Program-made: the position numbers and the translations under genes
The notes under the pieces: model-generated
Database searches by the model: none
What the model was told of the DNA's origin: nothing
What the model saw: the letters and a program-made list of their open reading frames with translations, nothing else
Shown here: one piece after another, positions 11,258 through 25,895 of the stretch
How the letters are laid out: each line of letters starts with the position of its first letter
Numbering within the stretch: position 1 is the stretch's first letter
Assembly (NCBI RefSeq): GCF_965641715.1
Contig: NZ_OZ282453.1
Source of the DNA: Escherichia coli
GTDB lineage: Bacteria > Pseudomonadota > Gammaproteobacteria > Enterobacterales > Enterobacteriaceae
Length of the DNA: 64,000 nt
Direction: 5' to 3' (one strand)

Positions 11258-13833
11258 CGTCCACCTCCGGAGAACAGGCCACCATCACGCATCTGTGTCT
11301 GAATTTCATCACGGGCACCCTTGCGGGCCATGTCATACACCGCCTTCAGAGCAGCCGGACCTATCTGCCCGTTCGTGCCGTCGTTGTTAATCACCACATG
11401 GTTATTCTGCTCAAACGTCCCGGACGCCTGCGACCGGCTGTCAGCCAGACTGCCCGGTGTACCGACATAACCACCGGTGGCATAGCCGCGCATCAGCCGG
11501 TAGAGATTCCCCACGCCAATCCGGCTGGTTGCCTCCTTCGTGAAGACAAATTCACCACGGTGAACAATCCCCGCTGGCTCATATTTGCCGCCGGTTCCCG
11601 TAAATCCCCCGGTCGCAAAATGGAATTTCGCCGCAGCGGCCTGAATGGCTGTACCGCCTGACGCGGATGCGCCGCCACCAACAGCCACGCCAATGGCGCT
11701 GCCGATACTCCCGACAATCCCCACCATTGCCTGCTTAAGCAGAATTTCTGTCATCATGGACAGCACGGAGCGGGTGAAGCTGCGCCAGTTCTGCTCACTG
11801 CCGGTCAGCATCGCCGCCATATTCTGTGCAATACCATCAAAGGTCTGCGTGGCTGCACTTTTTACCTGCGACATACTGTCCGTGGCGCTCTCTTCCCACT
11901 CACTCCAGCCGGACTTCAGGCCTGCCATCCAGCTCCCGCGAAGCTGGTCTTCAGCCGCCCAGGTCTTTTTCTGCTCTGACATGACGTTATTCAGCGCCAG
12001 AGGATTATCGCCATACTGTTCCTTCAGGCGCTGTTCCGTGGCTTCCCGCGCTGCCTGCCGGTCAGTCAGCCCCCGGCTTTTCGCATCAATGGCGGCCCGT
12101 TTTGCCCGTTGCTGCTGTGCGAATTTATCCGCCTGCTGCGCCAGCGCGTTCAGGCGCTCCTGATACGTAACCTTGTCGCCAAGTGCAGCCAGCTGGCGTT
12201 TGTACTCCAGCGTCTCATCTTTATGCGCCAGCAGGGATTTCTCCTGTGCAGACAGCTGGCGACGTTGCGCCGCCTCCTCCAGTACCGCGAACTGACTTTC
12301 TGCCTTCCACAAATCCCGGCGCTGCTGGCTGATTTTCTCATTCGCTCCGGCATGCTTCTCCAGCATCCGGAGTTCTGCCTGAAGCGTCAGCAGGGCAGCA
12401 TGAGCACTGTCTTCCTGGCGATCGCCTGCAGACACTTTCACGCCGGACTGCTTCGGCTTTTTCAGCGTCGCTTCATAATCCTTTTTCGCTGCCGCCATCA
12501 GCGTGTTGTAATCTGCCTGCAGGATTTTCCCGTCTTTCAGTGCCTTATTCAGTTCTTCCTGACGGGCGGTATATTTCTCCAGCGGCGTCTGCAGGCGTTC
12601 GTAAGCCTTCTGCGCCTCTTCGGTATATTTCAGCCGTGATGCCTCAGACTCGGCCCAGTCCTTTGCTGCCATCTCTCTGGCCTTTTCAAGATCGGCCTGC
12701 AACGTGGCGGCTGAAAGCCCAAGTTGCGCATTCGCTCTGTCCTCCCATGCTCCCCGGAGATTGGCAAGAAATGCTGAGGTTTTACCGCGCCGGTGGCTCC
12801 GGCTCTGATACCACTGCCATTTTTTGTCCGCCTCATCAAAAGCCTTTTCTGCTTTCTCCAGCATTCCCTGGGCAGTGTCCGGGCGACCAATATCCAGCAC
12901 CGAATCCCACATGGATTTGAATGCCCGTGCTGTCCTGTCTGCCCAGGTCTCCAGCGTGCCCATGTTCTCTTTCAGGCGGCGGGTCTGGTCATCAAACCCT
13001 TTCGTTGCGGCCTCGTTCGCCGCCTGCAATGCCCCGGCTTCATCTCCGGAACGCTGCAACTGAGCAACATACGCAATCTGCTCCGCCGTCACGTTATGGA
13101 ACTGACGTGCCATCGCTGTCAGTCCCGACGTCGGGTCTGTGGTCAGCTTCCCGAAGGCTTCAGCGACCTTGTCCACCTCCACGCCGGATGCAGAGGAGAA
13201 ACGCGCCACACTCTGGCTGATCGCCTCAAACTGCTCACCACCACGCACACCGGCATTCACCAGCGCCGTCAGTGACTCGCTGGTCTGGTTAAACGTCAGC
13301 CCTGCCGCCTGCCCGGCTCTGGACAGGACCAGCATGCGATCTGCCGTCAGACCCGACTGATTGCCGGAAAGGACCAGCGTTTTGTTGAAATCGGACAGGG
13401 TTGAGTTGCCCTGATACCAGGCATACGCCAGCGCACCGGTCGCCACTGCCAGCGAGGTGGCCCCGACCATCGGCAGGGTGATCGCACCGGCAAGTCCCCT
13501 GAACATGGGGATCATACCGCCGAAGGAGTCCTTCACCTGACCACCCTGTTGCAGCAGGATCAGCCACGGACTCTGCCCGCCTGCAAGCTGCGTGGCCACG
13601 TCGGTGAACTGTGCAGGAAGCATACGCATGGCGGCTTTATACTGTCCGACGGAAATCCCCGCTTTCTGTGCAGCCAGCGCCTGCCGGTTCATTGACTGTT
13701 CAACGACTGCCGCTGTTTTTTTCGCATCACTTTCCGTACCGGAAAAATGACGCCTGACTCTGGCCATCTGCTCGTCAAATCTGGCCGCATCCAGACTTAA
13801 ATCAACGACCAGATCGCCTACCGGTTCAGCCAT
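11254..13833 (-). CDS. H: Tail tape measure protein H
   Basis: 859 aa, coiled-coil-rich, lambda gpH-like; synteny between T and M. Confidence 0.92.
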   Translation of the reverse strand: MAEPVGDLVVDLSLDAARFDEQMARVRRHFSGTESDAKKTAAVVEQSMNRQALAAQKAGISVGQYKAAMRMLPAQFTDVATQLAGGQSPWLILLQQGGQVKDSFGGMIPMFRGLAGAITLPMVGATSLAVATGALAYAWYQGNSTLSDFNKTLVLSGNQSGLTADRMLVLSRAGQAAGLTFNQTSESLTALVNAGVRGGEQFEAISQSVARFSSASGVEVDKVAEAFGKLTTDPTSGLTAMARQFHNVTAEQIAYVAQLQRSGDEAGALQAANEAATKGFDDQTRRLKENMGTLETWADRTARAFKSMWDSVLDIGRPDTAQGMLEKAEKAFDEADKKWQWYQSRSHRRGKTSAFLANLRGAWEDRANAQLGLSAATLQADLEKAREMAAKDWAESEASRLKYTEEAQKAYERLQTPLEKYTARQEELNKALKDGKILQADYNTLMAAAKKDYEATLKKPKQSGVKVSAGDRQEDSAHAALLTLQAELRMLEKHAGANEKISQQRRDLWKAESQFAVLEEAAQRRQLSAQEKSLLAHKDETLEYKRQLAALGDKVTYQERLNALAQQADKFAQQQRAKRAAIDAKSRGLTDRQAAREATEQRLKEQYGDNPLALNNVMSEQKKTWAAEDQLRGSWMAGLKSGWSEWEESATDSMSQVKSAATQTFDGIAQNMAAMLTGSEQNWRSFTRSVLSMMTEILLKQAMVGIVGSIGSAIGVAVGGGASASGGTAIQAAAAKFHFATGGFTGTGGKYEPAGIVHRGEFVFTKEATSRIGVGNLYRLMRGYATGGYVGTPGSLADSRSQASGTFEQNNHVVINNDGTNGQIGPAALKAVYDMARKGARDEIQTQMRDGGLFSGGGR

Positions 13834-14260
13834 ACCGGACTCCTCCTGCGATCCCTTCTGATACTGTCATCAGCATTACGTCATCCTCCGTCATGCCCGC
13901 CACATCCGGGGAAGCGGGGATAACTTCATTCCCGTCCGGGTCAAAGCGGACGCCTCCGGCAAGCCCTGCCGCTTTCTGCATCAGCACATCATCTTCAGGC
14001 TCTTCGTCAGCCTCACGCCGGTTCAGCAGACTGAAATCCAGCGGATGCATATCCGGATCGCTGAAAAACAGGCTGAGCACGGTGTACGTCAGCCCGGAAA
14101 AGTGCATATCCAGCAGAACATCATGAAAATAATGGGTACTGTAAAAGCGGTGCCAGTCGGCATACTCCGTGGATGACATCCCGGCAAGCATGGCGCGCCA
14201 GTCGGGTCGCCCCATCTCACGCGCCAGTTTCAGGGCAAAACTCAGCTCACCGTCGAACAC
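13826..14260 (-). CDS. T: Tail assembly protein T frame (made as a G-T fusion by -1 frameshift)
   Basis: 144-aa ORF overlapping the 3' end of G in the -1 frame; lambda gpT-like. Confidence 0.85.
   Translation of the reverse strand: MFDGELSFALKLAREMGRPDWRAMLAGMSSTEYADWHRFYSTHYFHDVLLDMHFSGLTYTVLSLFFSDPDMHPLDFSLLNRREADEEPEDDVLMQKAAGLAGGVRFDPDGNEVIPASPDVAGMTEDDVMLMTVSEGIAGGVRYG
14242..14248 (-). promoter_or_regulatory. Programmed -1 ribosomal frameshift slippery heptamer G GGA AAG at the G/T junction
   Basis: Minus-strand GGGAAAG at the end of the G frame, as in lambda. Confidence 0.75.
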
Positions 14261-14664
14261 TTTCCCGCAGAAACAGGCTCTGCAGGCCCGGCGTCATCTG
14301 CCTGTTCAGGTGCATCATTCACAACAAACTCAGACATACCGGACAGACGCATTACCACATTTTCAGCCTGAGCAATTGCCTCTGTGGGCCAGGTGGTAAG
14401 CACTTCCTGCTCAATTTGTTTAACGGCTTCATTCATGGATGGCATCTTTGTCTTCTGCGGATGGTTATGCCACAGGGACATCGCCACCAGAAAAGCACCG
14501 GTTCTGACGAGATCTTCCACGCTCACCTGTCGATTGACACTGGAGCCCGCCTGTTCTGCCTGTCGTTTCAGCAGGGCGAGATGCTCAATACGCTGCAGGG
14601 CTGACAGTTCAGAAAGCGTGACGCTCACACCGTTATATTCAAATGATTCGGTTTTCAGGAACAT
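14242..14664 (-). CDS. G: Tail assembly chaperone G
   Basis: 140 aa starting MFLKTESFEYNGVSVTLSELSALQRIEHLALL, lambda gpG-like. Confidence 0.9.
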   Translation of the reverse strand: MFLKTESFEYNGVSVTLSELSALQRIEHLALLKRQAEQAGSSVNRQVSVEDLVRTGAFLVAMSLWHNHPQKTKMPSMNEAVKQIEQEVLTTWPTEAIAQAENVVMRLSGMSEFVVNDAPEQADDAGPAEPVSAGKCSTVS

Positions 14665-14679
14665 CGCTGACTCTCCGGA

Positions 14680-15420
14680 TTAACTGTCGGTGACGGTGAT
14701 TTCTGCAACCGCAGCAAGTTCACCATTACCGGATACAACCGGAATGTTGACCTTGCCTGCAGCAACGCCGTTCACGGTGATGGTCATACCGCTGACCGAC
14801 ACGGTGGCTTTTGTTTTATCCGCAGACACCGCACGGAAGCTCTTGTCGGTTGCGCCCTCCGGCTGGAATGCCACGGTCAGCGTGGTGCTCTGCCCTTTCA
14901 CCACCGAAGTGCTGGCAGGCGTCACGGTCATGCCGGTTGCCGCTGTTACCGTGCTGCGATCTTCTGCCATCGACGGACGCCCCACGTTGGTGACTTTCAC
15001 CGTGCGGGTGATCACTTCCTTCGCCGTCACCGCCTTACCGATACTGCTGACCCAGCCGCGGAACACATCGACCGTGCCGTTCGGGAAGCGGATTTTATAG
15101 GCACGGGTATCCCCTTCATTAAACCACGCCAGCAGCGCCTGCTGCCCCTGCTCTCCGGGCATCCACGCCAGCGTGAAGCTGGTATCTCCGGCAGATTTCT
15201 GCCCCTGCCCGGTCGCAGTCCAGTCCGCATCTTCATCATCGAGATAGCTGTCGTCACAGGACTCAGCGGTCAGTTCGCCGGGCGTCAGGTCTTTAACTTT
15301 TGCCAGACGCAACCAGTCAACGTCTGAAAGCGGATTCGCATAAGGGTTACCGCTCCCCTTATAAACCCACAGGGTGGTCCCGGCACCTTTCACCGGCATT
15401 ACAGGATTTGGTACAGGCAT
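14680..15420 (-). CDS. V: Major tail protein V (with C-terminal Ig-like domain)
   Basis: Start [24 protein letters not shown] matches lambda gpV. Confidence 0.92.
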   Translation of the reverse strand: MPVPNPVMPVKGAGTTLWVYKGSGNPYANPLSDVDWLRLAKVKDLTPGELTAESCDDSYLDDEDADWTATGQGQKSAGDTSFTLAWMPGEQGQQALLAWFNEGDTRAYKIRFPNGTVDVFRGWVSSIGKAVTAKEVITRTVKVTNVGRPSMAEDRSTVTAATGMTVTPASTSVVKGQSTTLTVAFQPEGATDKSFRAVSADKTKATVSVSGMTITVNGVAAGKVNIPVVSGNGELAAVAEITVTDS

Positions 15421-15427
15421 AGCGTCC

Positions 15428-15823
15428 TCACATTTCATAGGTAATGACATAAGTCAGATCGGCTGAACTCCACAGGCCCGCATCATCGTCGCGCCGGTAG
15501 TCATAGCCGCTGGCCACCATACTGGTGATCAAATCTGACAGTGCCGGGATATCACTCATCACCGGATAAATCCGGGACTCCATCCACGCATCCAGCTCTG
15601 AATCCGGCACCTGAGCAGGCAGGAAAACTTCAATATGCAACTCCGCCTGCCAGGTATCGCTGTCCAGCTCTTCGCCCGTGTATTCAGCGCCGGTGAGATA
15701 AACGGCAATTGCCGGAAAATCCGCCTCATCAAAAACAGCGGGGCGACCATCAAAAAGCGTCGCCCCGGTGTCATGCTTCTCCAGTGCATCCAGTACGGCT
15801 GCACGGAGTTCAGTATGTTTCAT
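15428..15823 (-). CDS. U: Tail terminator protein U
   Basis: 131 aa starting [18 protein letters not shown], lambda gpU-like. Confidence 0.92.
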   Translation of the reverse strand: MKHTELRAAVLDALEKHDTGATLFDGRPAVFDEADFPAIAVYLTGAEYTGEELDSDTWQAELHIEVFLPAQVPDSELDAWMESRIYPVMSDIPALSDLITSMVASGYDYRRDDDAGLWSSADLTYVITYEM

Positions 15824-16398
15824 CGCTTTATTACCATTCTCAGTTGATGCTGCAGCGCATAGCCCAGCTCTTTCGGAAGACGTTCACGCCGTATCCGCTC
15901 AATATTCTGTTTAAACGCCGTGGTCAGCGGCACCGCCATCGGGATTTTCACCACATCAATGGGGTAACGGTTTTTCCCGGCCACACGCTGCATGACATGC
16001 CAGCGGCCATTTTTCAGTTGCTGAATAAACGCGCCGGGAATACGACGGTTTCCCACCACAAGCACGCTGCCGCCACCTTTCAGGGCTGAACGCTGCCCCT
16101 TTTTACGACGCCTGCGGCGGGACAGGACAACCCGCGCGTTACCCAGCCTGATGACGGGCAAATCCCCCCTGTTAACCCTGATTCTGGCCTGCGGATTTTT
16201 AACCGTGGCCCTTTTCAGCCTGGCCCTTTCCTTTACCAGTTTCCGGCGTACCTTTGTTTCACGGGCAACCTGTGCCGCCGACTGCGATATCGCGGATGAA
16301 GCAACGCGGTTAATGGCCATTGCGGCGGCACCAGGCACCGCCGTTTTGCTGATACGGCTGAGGTTTTCAACGGCCTGCTCAAGACCTTTTATGGCCAT
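15820..16398 (-). CDS. Z: Tail completion protein Z
   Basis: 192 aa, lambda gpZ-like. Confidence 0.9.
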   Translation of the reverse strand: MAIKGLEQAVENLSRISKTAVPGAAAMAINRVASSAISQSAAQVARETKVRRKLVKERARLKRATVKNPQARIRVNRGDLPVIRLGNARVVLSRRRRRKKGQRSALKGGGSVLVVGNRRIPGAFIQQLKNGRWHVMQRVAGKNRYPIDVVKIPMAVPLTTAFKQNIERIRRERLPKELGYALQHQLRMVIKR

Positions 16399-16409
16399 AC
16401 ATCCCCCTT

Positions 16410-16763
16410 TCAGCGGCGACGGTTAACGGCAGGCGGTACGCCCCGCCCAAGCCAGAGATGACAGCTTCCACCATCATCCGGCGAAACCCGGTCTATCCAG
16501 AAGTTTTCCTCACCGATGGTCAGCGTGTCTCCACGCCGCAGCTGCCGCACCTCATCAGTCCGGACAAACAGGAACGGGCTGGAGCCTTCAACGCGCACGC
16601 CCTGTCCGGCATAGCTGATATTTTCAGGGTCATCAAAAACACCACGTATCACAGCACCGGACTGCTCACCGGATGTCATGGTGGCTGACGTTCCCATGTA
16701 CCCGCGTATCGTTTCATCGGCGCAGGCAATGGCAGCATCGAACAGGTTATCGAAATCAGCCAC
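16410..16763 (-). CDS. FII: Head-tail connector protein FII
   Basis: 117 aa starting MADFDNLFDAAIA, lambda gpFII-like. Confidence 0.9.
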   Translation of the reverse strand: MADFDNLFDAAIACADETIRGYMGTSATMTSGEQSGAVIRGVFDDPENISYAGQGVRVEGSSPFLFVRTDEVRQLRRGDTLTIGEENFWIDRVSPDDGGSCHLWLGRGVPPAVNRRR

Positions 16764-16774
16764 AGCGCCTCCCG

Positions 16775-17170
16775 TTATTGCATTCTGGCCAGGCCACGTT
16801 CTGTCATTTCGGCTGCCACACCGGCAGAGACACGAAACGCCGTTCCCGGCAGCACAAATGCCACAGGTTCATCCCGCGAGGCGTGAAGTGCATCAGTATG
16901 CAGCGTCACCAGTGCCACGACCGTGACCAGAGCAGCCGTATCAGTCACGGTACCTGGCTGCGCTGACACCACCTCATTTTCATGCCCGGTCAGCGCATTT
17001 TCCGGGCTGACAGACGTGTCCTGACCGGCAGCGTCATCCGTGTCATCAAGCTCCTCTTCCAGCTCTGCCACACGGAGCGCCAGTTCTTCTTTCGTCCCCG
17101 TCAGGCTGACATCACGGTTCAGTTGCTCACCCAGCACCTGAAGACGGGCAATCAGTTCATCTTTCGTCAT
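16775..17170 (-). CDS. FI: DNA packaging protein FI (start at MTKDELIARLQ)
   Basis: Lambda gpFI-like sequence; synteny. Confidence 0.88.
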   Translation of the reverse strand: MTKDELIARLQVLGEQLNRDVSLTGTKEELALRVAELEEELDDTDDAAGQDTSVSPENALTGHENEVVSAQPGTVTDTAALVTVVALVTLHTDALHASRDEPVAFVLPGTAFRVSAGVAAEMTERGLARMQ

Positions 17171-17211
17171 GGACTCCTCCACAGAGAAACAATGGCCCCG
17201 AAGGGCCACGA

Positions 17212-18237
17212 TTACGCCAGTTGTACGGACACGAACTCATCAGGGTCAGCCAGCAGCATCAGCGGTGCTGACTGAATCATAGTGAACTCACGCGCCGGAT
17301 CGCCGGATGTCTTCCAGTTTTTCGGATAATGGGGAGACGCATTAATACCCTCACTCAATGCATCCGCATCCTGAATACAACCATAGGTGCGCAGACCGCG
17401 TGCCTGAGTGTTCCCCAGTACCATCGTGTTGTCCGGCAGAAAGTTCTTTTTGACGCCGTTTTCCACGTACTGTCCGGAATACACGACGATGGCCACATCG
17501 CCATACATCCCCTTATAGGACACCGCTTTACCCAGGTCTTTTACCGCTGTCTCCAGCTCGGAATGAGAGCCGCGACGGGTATCCAGCTTCTCCCTGACGG
17601 CTTTGAAGGAACGGAACAGCGCCCAGCCTTTCGGATCAAACACGATGATATTCACCACACCGCTGGCGTTCAGCGCGTAGGCTTCGATATCGTCGGTCGG
17701 GTCATACGTGGACTTGTCGCGATTGCTCCACTCCGTGCCGCCGGACTGTGTGATGTTATTCGCCTCACTGCGGCCCATATCCACCTCAACCGGATCGAAG
17801 GCTTCACCGGTCATGGTGTATTTGCCCTTAAGCACAGCAGAAACGGCCTGCATCTCTTCGACCTGAGCAATGGCAAGCTCCTCGTCTCGCATGTTCTGCA
17901 TGATGATGCGACGGCGGCGGTAAGCCGGGTCCGCCAGATTCTGTGGATCTTCATCCGGCAGGCGACGCAGGGTCATCTGCGGATTCACCTCATGCTTGGG
18001 CTTGACATATCCCGGTGTAAATTCAGAGGTGGAGCCGCCACGGGAGCGGATAACCTCACCGGAAACAATCGGCGAAACGTACAGCGCCATGTTTACCAGT
18101 CCCGGAATTTGTGAGAGATAGACTTTCTCCGTGGTGAAGGGATAGCTCTCACGGAAAAAGAGACGCAGAAACAGCGGATCAAACTTAAATTTCTGCTCAT
18201 TTGCCGCCAGCAGCTGGGCGGTTGTGTACATCGACAT
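17212..18237 (-). CDS. E: Major capsid protein E (start at MSMYTTAQLL)
   Basis: Lambda gpE-like over its full length. Confidence 0.93.
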   Translation of the reverse strand: MSMYTTAQLLAANEQKFKFDPLFLRLFFRESYPFTTEKVYLSQIPGLVNMALYVSPIVSGEVIRSRGGSTSEFTPGYVKPKHEVNPQMTLRRLPDEDPQNLADPAYRRRRIIMQNMRDEELAIAQVEEMQAVSAVLKGKYTMTGEAFDPVEVDMGRSEANNITQSGGTEWSNRDKSTYDPTDDIEAYALNASGVVNIIVFDPKGWALFRSFKAVREKLDTRRGSHSELETAVKDLGKAVSYKGMYGDVAIVVYSGQYVENGVKKNFLPDNTMVLGNTQARGLRTYGCIQDADALSEGINASPHYPKNWKTSGDPAREFTMIQSAPLMLLADPDEFVSVQLA

Positions 18238-18292
18238 AAAAAAATCCCGTAAAAAAAGCCGCACATGCGGCCTTTAGTGATGAAGGGTCAGG

Positions 18293-18625
18293 TTAAACGA
18301 TGCTGATTGCCGTTCCGGCAAACGCGGTCCGTTTTTTCGTCTCGTCGCTGGCAGCCTCCGGCCAGAGCACATCCTCATAACGGAACGTGCCGGACTTGTA
18401 GAACGTCAGTGTGGTGCTGGTCTGGTCAGCATCAACCGCCAGAATGCCAACGGCAGCACCGTCGGTGGTGCCATCCCACGCAACCAGCTTACGGGTGGAG
18501 GTATCCGGCATCAGCGGGGTCATTGCAGGCGCTTTCGCACTCAATCCGCCGGGCGCGGTTGCGGTATGAGCCGGGTCACTGTTGCCCAGCGGCTGGTAAT
18601 GGGTAAAGGTTTCTTTGCTCGTCAT
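18293..18625 (-). CDS. D: Head decoration protein D
   Basis: [27 protein letters not shown]... matches lambda gpD. Confidence 0.93.
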   Translation of the reverse strand: MTSKETFTHYQPLGNSDPAHTATAPGGLSAKAPAMTPLMPDTSTRKLVAWDGTTDGAAVGILAVDADQTSTTLTFYKSGTFRYEDVLWPEAASDETKKRTAFAGTAISIV

Positions 18626-18634
18626 AAACATCCC

Positions 18635-19934
18635 TTACACTGGTGTGTTCAGCAAATCGTTAACGGCATCAGATGCCGGGTTACCTGCAGCCAGCGGTGC
18701 CGGTGCCCCCTGCATCAGACGATCCAGCGCAGTGTCACTGCGCGCCTGTGCACTCTGTGGTGCTGCGGCCAGAATGCGGCGGGCCGTTTCCACGGTCATA
18801 CCGGGGGTTTCGGCCAGCACGCGGGCCTGTTCTTCGCGTCCGTGAGCCTCCTCACAGTTGAGGATCCCCATAATGCGGCTGTTTTCTGCCGCAACCGCAG
18901 CGGTGATCTGCGCGTTCACGTCCGGCTGCGCCGCGCTGGCGTTTTCGCCCTCCGTCGCTGGCACCACGTCAGTAACGTCAGCCTGCGAAGCAGTGGCTGA
19001 AACAGTTGTTGATTGAGTCTCTTTGGTCATTCGCCCTCCTGAGAGACGGGATTTACGTGCATCCAGTGCATCACGCATAACGGTGATCGCATCGGTGCTG
19101 TTGACAAGTTCATCAGCCAGTCCGGCATCAATGGCCTCCTGACCGCTGTACACTGCAGCCTCGGTATCCAGCACAGCCTGCACGGACAGGCCGGTATATG
19201 CCGACACCTTCTGCGCAAACATCCGGCGGGTTGCATCCATCCGGGACTGCAGTGTCTCCCGGACGTCATCCGGAAGATGGCTGTAGGGGTTGCCATCCAC
19301 CTTATGGCTGCCGCTGTAAATCAGCGTGATTTCCACACCCTGTTTCTCCAGCGCAGCACCGTAATTACTGTGAGCCATCATGACGCCGATGGAGCCTGTC
19401 CGGGCGGTCTGCGTGACCAGACGCCGGGAGGCGGCGCTGGCAAGCAGCTGACCTGCACTGCAGTTCATGTCGTTGGCCAGCGCCCATACCGGTTTTATGT
19501 CTCGCACACGGGCGATGATGTCAGCACAGTCAAATGCTCCCGCCACCATCCCGCCCGGTGTGTCCATATCGAGCAGAATGCCGTCCACCATCGGATCGCT
19601 GGCAGCCTGTTGCAGACGGGCGATAATGCCGTTGTAACCGGTCATTCCCGAATACGGCTGCAGCGCCCGCGTCCGGCTGACCAGCGTACCGGACACCGGC
19701 AGCACGGCGATGCCGTTCATGACCTGATAACTGCGGGCCTGTCGTGGTCCGTCATCATCACCGGATAACGCCAGCGCCGCGGGTGCCTCTCCGGCAGTCA
19801 GGCTGTCGCCGGACACCGCATCCGTCAGGCGACTGATCCCAAGCTGGCCTGCAAGCGCACAAAAGAAAACCCGCGCATAGGCGGGTTCAAGCATCAGCGG
19901 CTCATTAAAAGCCATGCTGGCAATATGCGGGAGA

Positions 19935-19954
<20 letters not shown>
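18635..19954 (-). CDS. C: Head maturation protease / scaffold C (probable GTG start, VTAELRNLPHIASMAF)
   Basis: Lambda gpC-like (S49/ClpP family); overlaps the end of B as in lambda. Confidence 0.9.
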
Positions 19955-23635
<3,681 letters not shown>

Positions 23636-23661
<26 letters not shown>

Positions 23662-24181
23662 TCAGCAACCCCGGTATCAGTTCATCCAGCGCGGCTGCTT
23701 TGTTCATGGCTTTGATGATATCCCGTTTCAGGAAATCAACATGTCGGTTTTCCAGTTCCGGAAAACGCCGCTGCACCGACAGGGGGATCCCGTCGAGAAT
23801 ACTGGCAATTTCACCTGCGATCCGCGACAGCACGAAAGTACAGAATGCGGTTTCCACCACTTCAGCTGAGTCTCTGGCATTCTTCAGTTCCTGTGCGTCG
23901 GCCTGCGCACGCGTAAGTCGATGGCGTTCGTACTCAATAGTCCCTGGCTGGAGATCTGCCTCGCTGGCCTGGCGCAGTTCTTCAACCTCCCGGCGCAGCT
24001 TTTCGTTCTCAATTTCAGCATCCCTTTCGGCATACCATTTTATAACGGCGGCAGAGTCATAAAGCACCTCATTACCCTTGCCACCGCCTCGCAGAACGGG
24101 CATTCCCTGTTCCTGCCAGTTCTGAATGGTACGGATACTCGCACCGAAAATGTCAGCCAGCTGCTTTTTGTTGACTTCCAT
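23636..24181 (-). CDS. Nu1: Terminase small subunit Nu1
   Basis: 181 aa starting MEVNKKQLADIFGASIRTIQNWQEQGMPV, lambda gpNu1-like. Confidence 0.95.
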
Positions 24182-24370
24182 TGTTCATTCCACGGCCAAA
24201 AACAGAGAAAGGAAACGACAAAGGCCCAAAAGTTCGTTTTCAGCACCTGTCGTTTCCTTTCTTTTCAGGGGGTATTTTAAATAAAAACATTAAGTTACGG
24301 CGAAGAAGAACGGAAACGCCTTAAACCGGAAAATTTTCATAAATAGCGAAAACCCGCGCGCCTGACGCCC
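24182..24370 (-). promoter_or_regulatory. cos site: cosB region plus a variant cosN (12-mer GGGCGTCAGGCG on minus strand, about 24359-24370)
   Basis: Minus-strand sequence upstream of Nu1 is near-identical to the recalled lambda left end (CGCGGGTTTTCGCTATTTATGAAAATTTTCCGGTTTAAGGCG...) with a different 12-nt cohesive-end region. Confidence 0.8.
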
Positions 24371-24887
24371 CGTAGCATGCTGGCTCACCGGAAAGGACCC
24401 GCAAACAACAGGAATTATCGATATCAAATATCAATGTCTCAACCTGGTGAGGTGACAAACGAATTAATGTAAATTTGAGAGCGTAGCAACCATTCGGACA
24501 CGCTAATCTCAGAGCCACCATGAGACACCTCATAATCAATAGTAATTCATCGAGCTCCAGCCAGTCGCTTGTTTCAGTAGAAAAGCCAACTGTATATACT
24601 GGTAATCCGATACACTTTCAACTAGTCGGAAATTTTTAAACACTTCACAAATTGTACGTGTAAAGAATAGCTTAAAGTAATATATAATCCGTTTCTTTGC
24701 CGATTGTCTTACGTCTGTCTCACAATCTTTAATATGGTGTATCTGCAATAACTTCTATCCATATGAGTAAGAAGATACAATCCACCATCAAATATCATTG
24801 ATTAACCACTTAATAATACATCCACGAAATCGTTTTATTTGTTAAACTACAGCAGTCTGTTATTGATAGACCGCTGTAACAAAAGTC

Positions 24888-25895
24888 TTAATTGGATGAA
24901 AAGTAAAGAGTTGTACTGGGGTATGCAAAATCTGCTTTGTGATTATGCACAATATCAACAATTCTCAGATAAACTTTTTGCTGAATGTCAAGCCACTCCT
25001 CCCAGTCCCTTGTATAAGTGAAACAATACACCATAATATTCAATGAGGAATCCCCAAACTCGTTAAAATAAACAAGCAACGTCTGTCTTTGATCTATACT
25101 CTCTTCATGCATAAGATAATTACGAATATCTTCCACAATGAGCGAAATTTTTTTAGAATCCTCATATCGTAAACCAATCGTTGTTTTTATTCTCCTATTA
25201 GTCATTCTACCAGGGTTTTCTAAAGAAATATCAGAAAATAATGAGTTTGGGATATACATTGGCCTGTTTTCAAAAGTAATTACCTTTGTCAATCTCCAGC
25301 CGATTTCAGCAACAACACCCTCGATATTTCTATCCGGTGAACGAATCCAATCACCAATGTTAAATGGACGATCAAAATATAGCATAACACCAGAGAAGAA
25401 ATTACTTAGAATATCTTTGCCAGCCATGCCAACAGCGATACCCCCAATCCCACCAAAGGCAAGCAACCCGGAAAAACTCATGCCAACTTGCTGGCCGAAA
25501 ACCAATAAAGATATCAATAAAACTATTATTTTTAGAACTTTTGAAATTACTCTTGAATCAGTTACATCACGCCCTTTACTTACTTGCCTTCTCTCTAAAT
25601 AATCAATAACAATAAATGCCTTTCGTATAAAAACAGTAACAATCAACAATATTGAAAGTATCCTTACCACTGTCCTGGAAAGATATTTTATGTGAAAACC
25701 ATCGATTAAAAAAGACAAGTAATCTCCGATCAAAATAATAATACACGACCAGAGAAGTAAACTTAACAAACATCCAATAACTATGTAGTTCTTCTTACTA
25801 AAGCGAACCATGTAAAAATTAACAACAAGCGCAACAATAGCCAACAGCATAAAAATTACGCCAAGTGAGTTATGAATAAAAACATCGCGAAACAT
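24888..25895 (-). CDS. MscS-family mechanosensitive channel-like membrane protein (AT-rich moron between lysis genes and cos)
   Basis: N-terminal TM helices, then the MscS core FGGIGGIAVGMAGKDILSNFFSGVMLYFDRPFNIGDWI...EGVVAEIGWRLTKV...IPNS; ATG at 25895 preceded by AGGTGA. Confidence 0.8.
   Translation of the reverse strand: MFRDVFIHNSLGVIFMLLAIVALVVNFYMVRFSKKNYIVIGCLLSLLLWSCIIILIGDYLSFLIDGFHIKYLSRTVVRILSILLIVTVFIRKAFIVIDYLERRQVSKGRDVTDSRVISKVLKIIVLLISLLVFGQQVGMSFSGLLAFGGIGGIAVGMAGKDILSNFFSGVMLYFDRPFNIGDWIRSPDRNIEGVVAEIGWRLTKVITFENRPMYIPNSLFSDISLENPGRMTNRRIKTTIGLRYEDSKKISLIVEDIRNYLMHEESIDQRQTLLVYFNEFGDSSLNIMVYCFTYTRDWEEWLDIQQKVYLRIVDIVHNHKADFAYPSTTLYFSSN

Noticed and set aside
12109-13275. 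Several 100-176-aa plus-strand ORFs
   Set aside because: Antisense or alternate-frame ORFs within tape measure gene H; Arg/Leu/Cys-rich low-complexity translations
17329-18114. 261-aa ORF on the plus strand
   Set aside because: Antisense to the major capsid gene E
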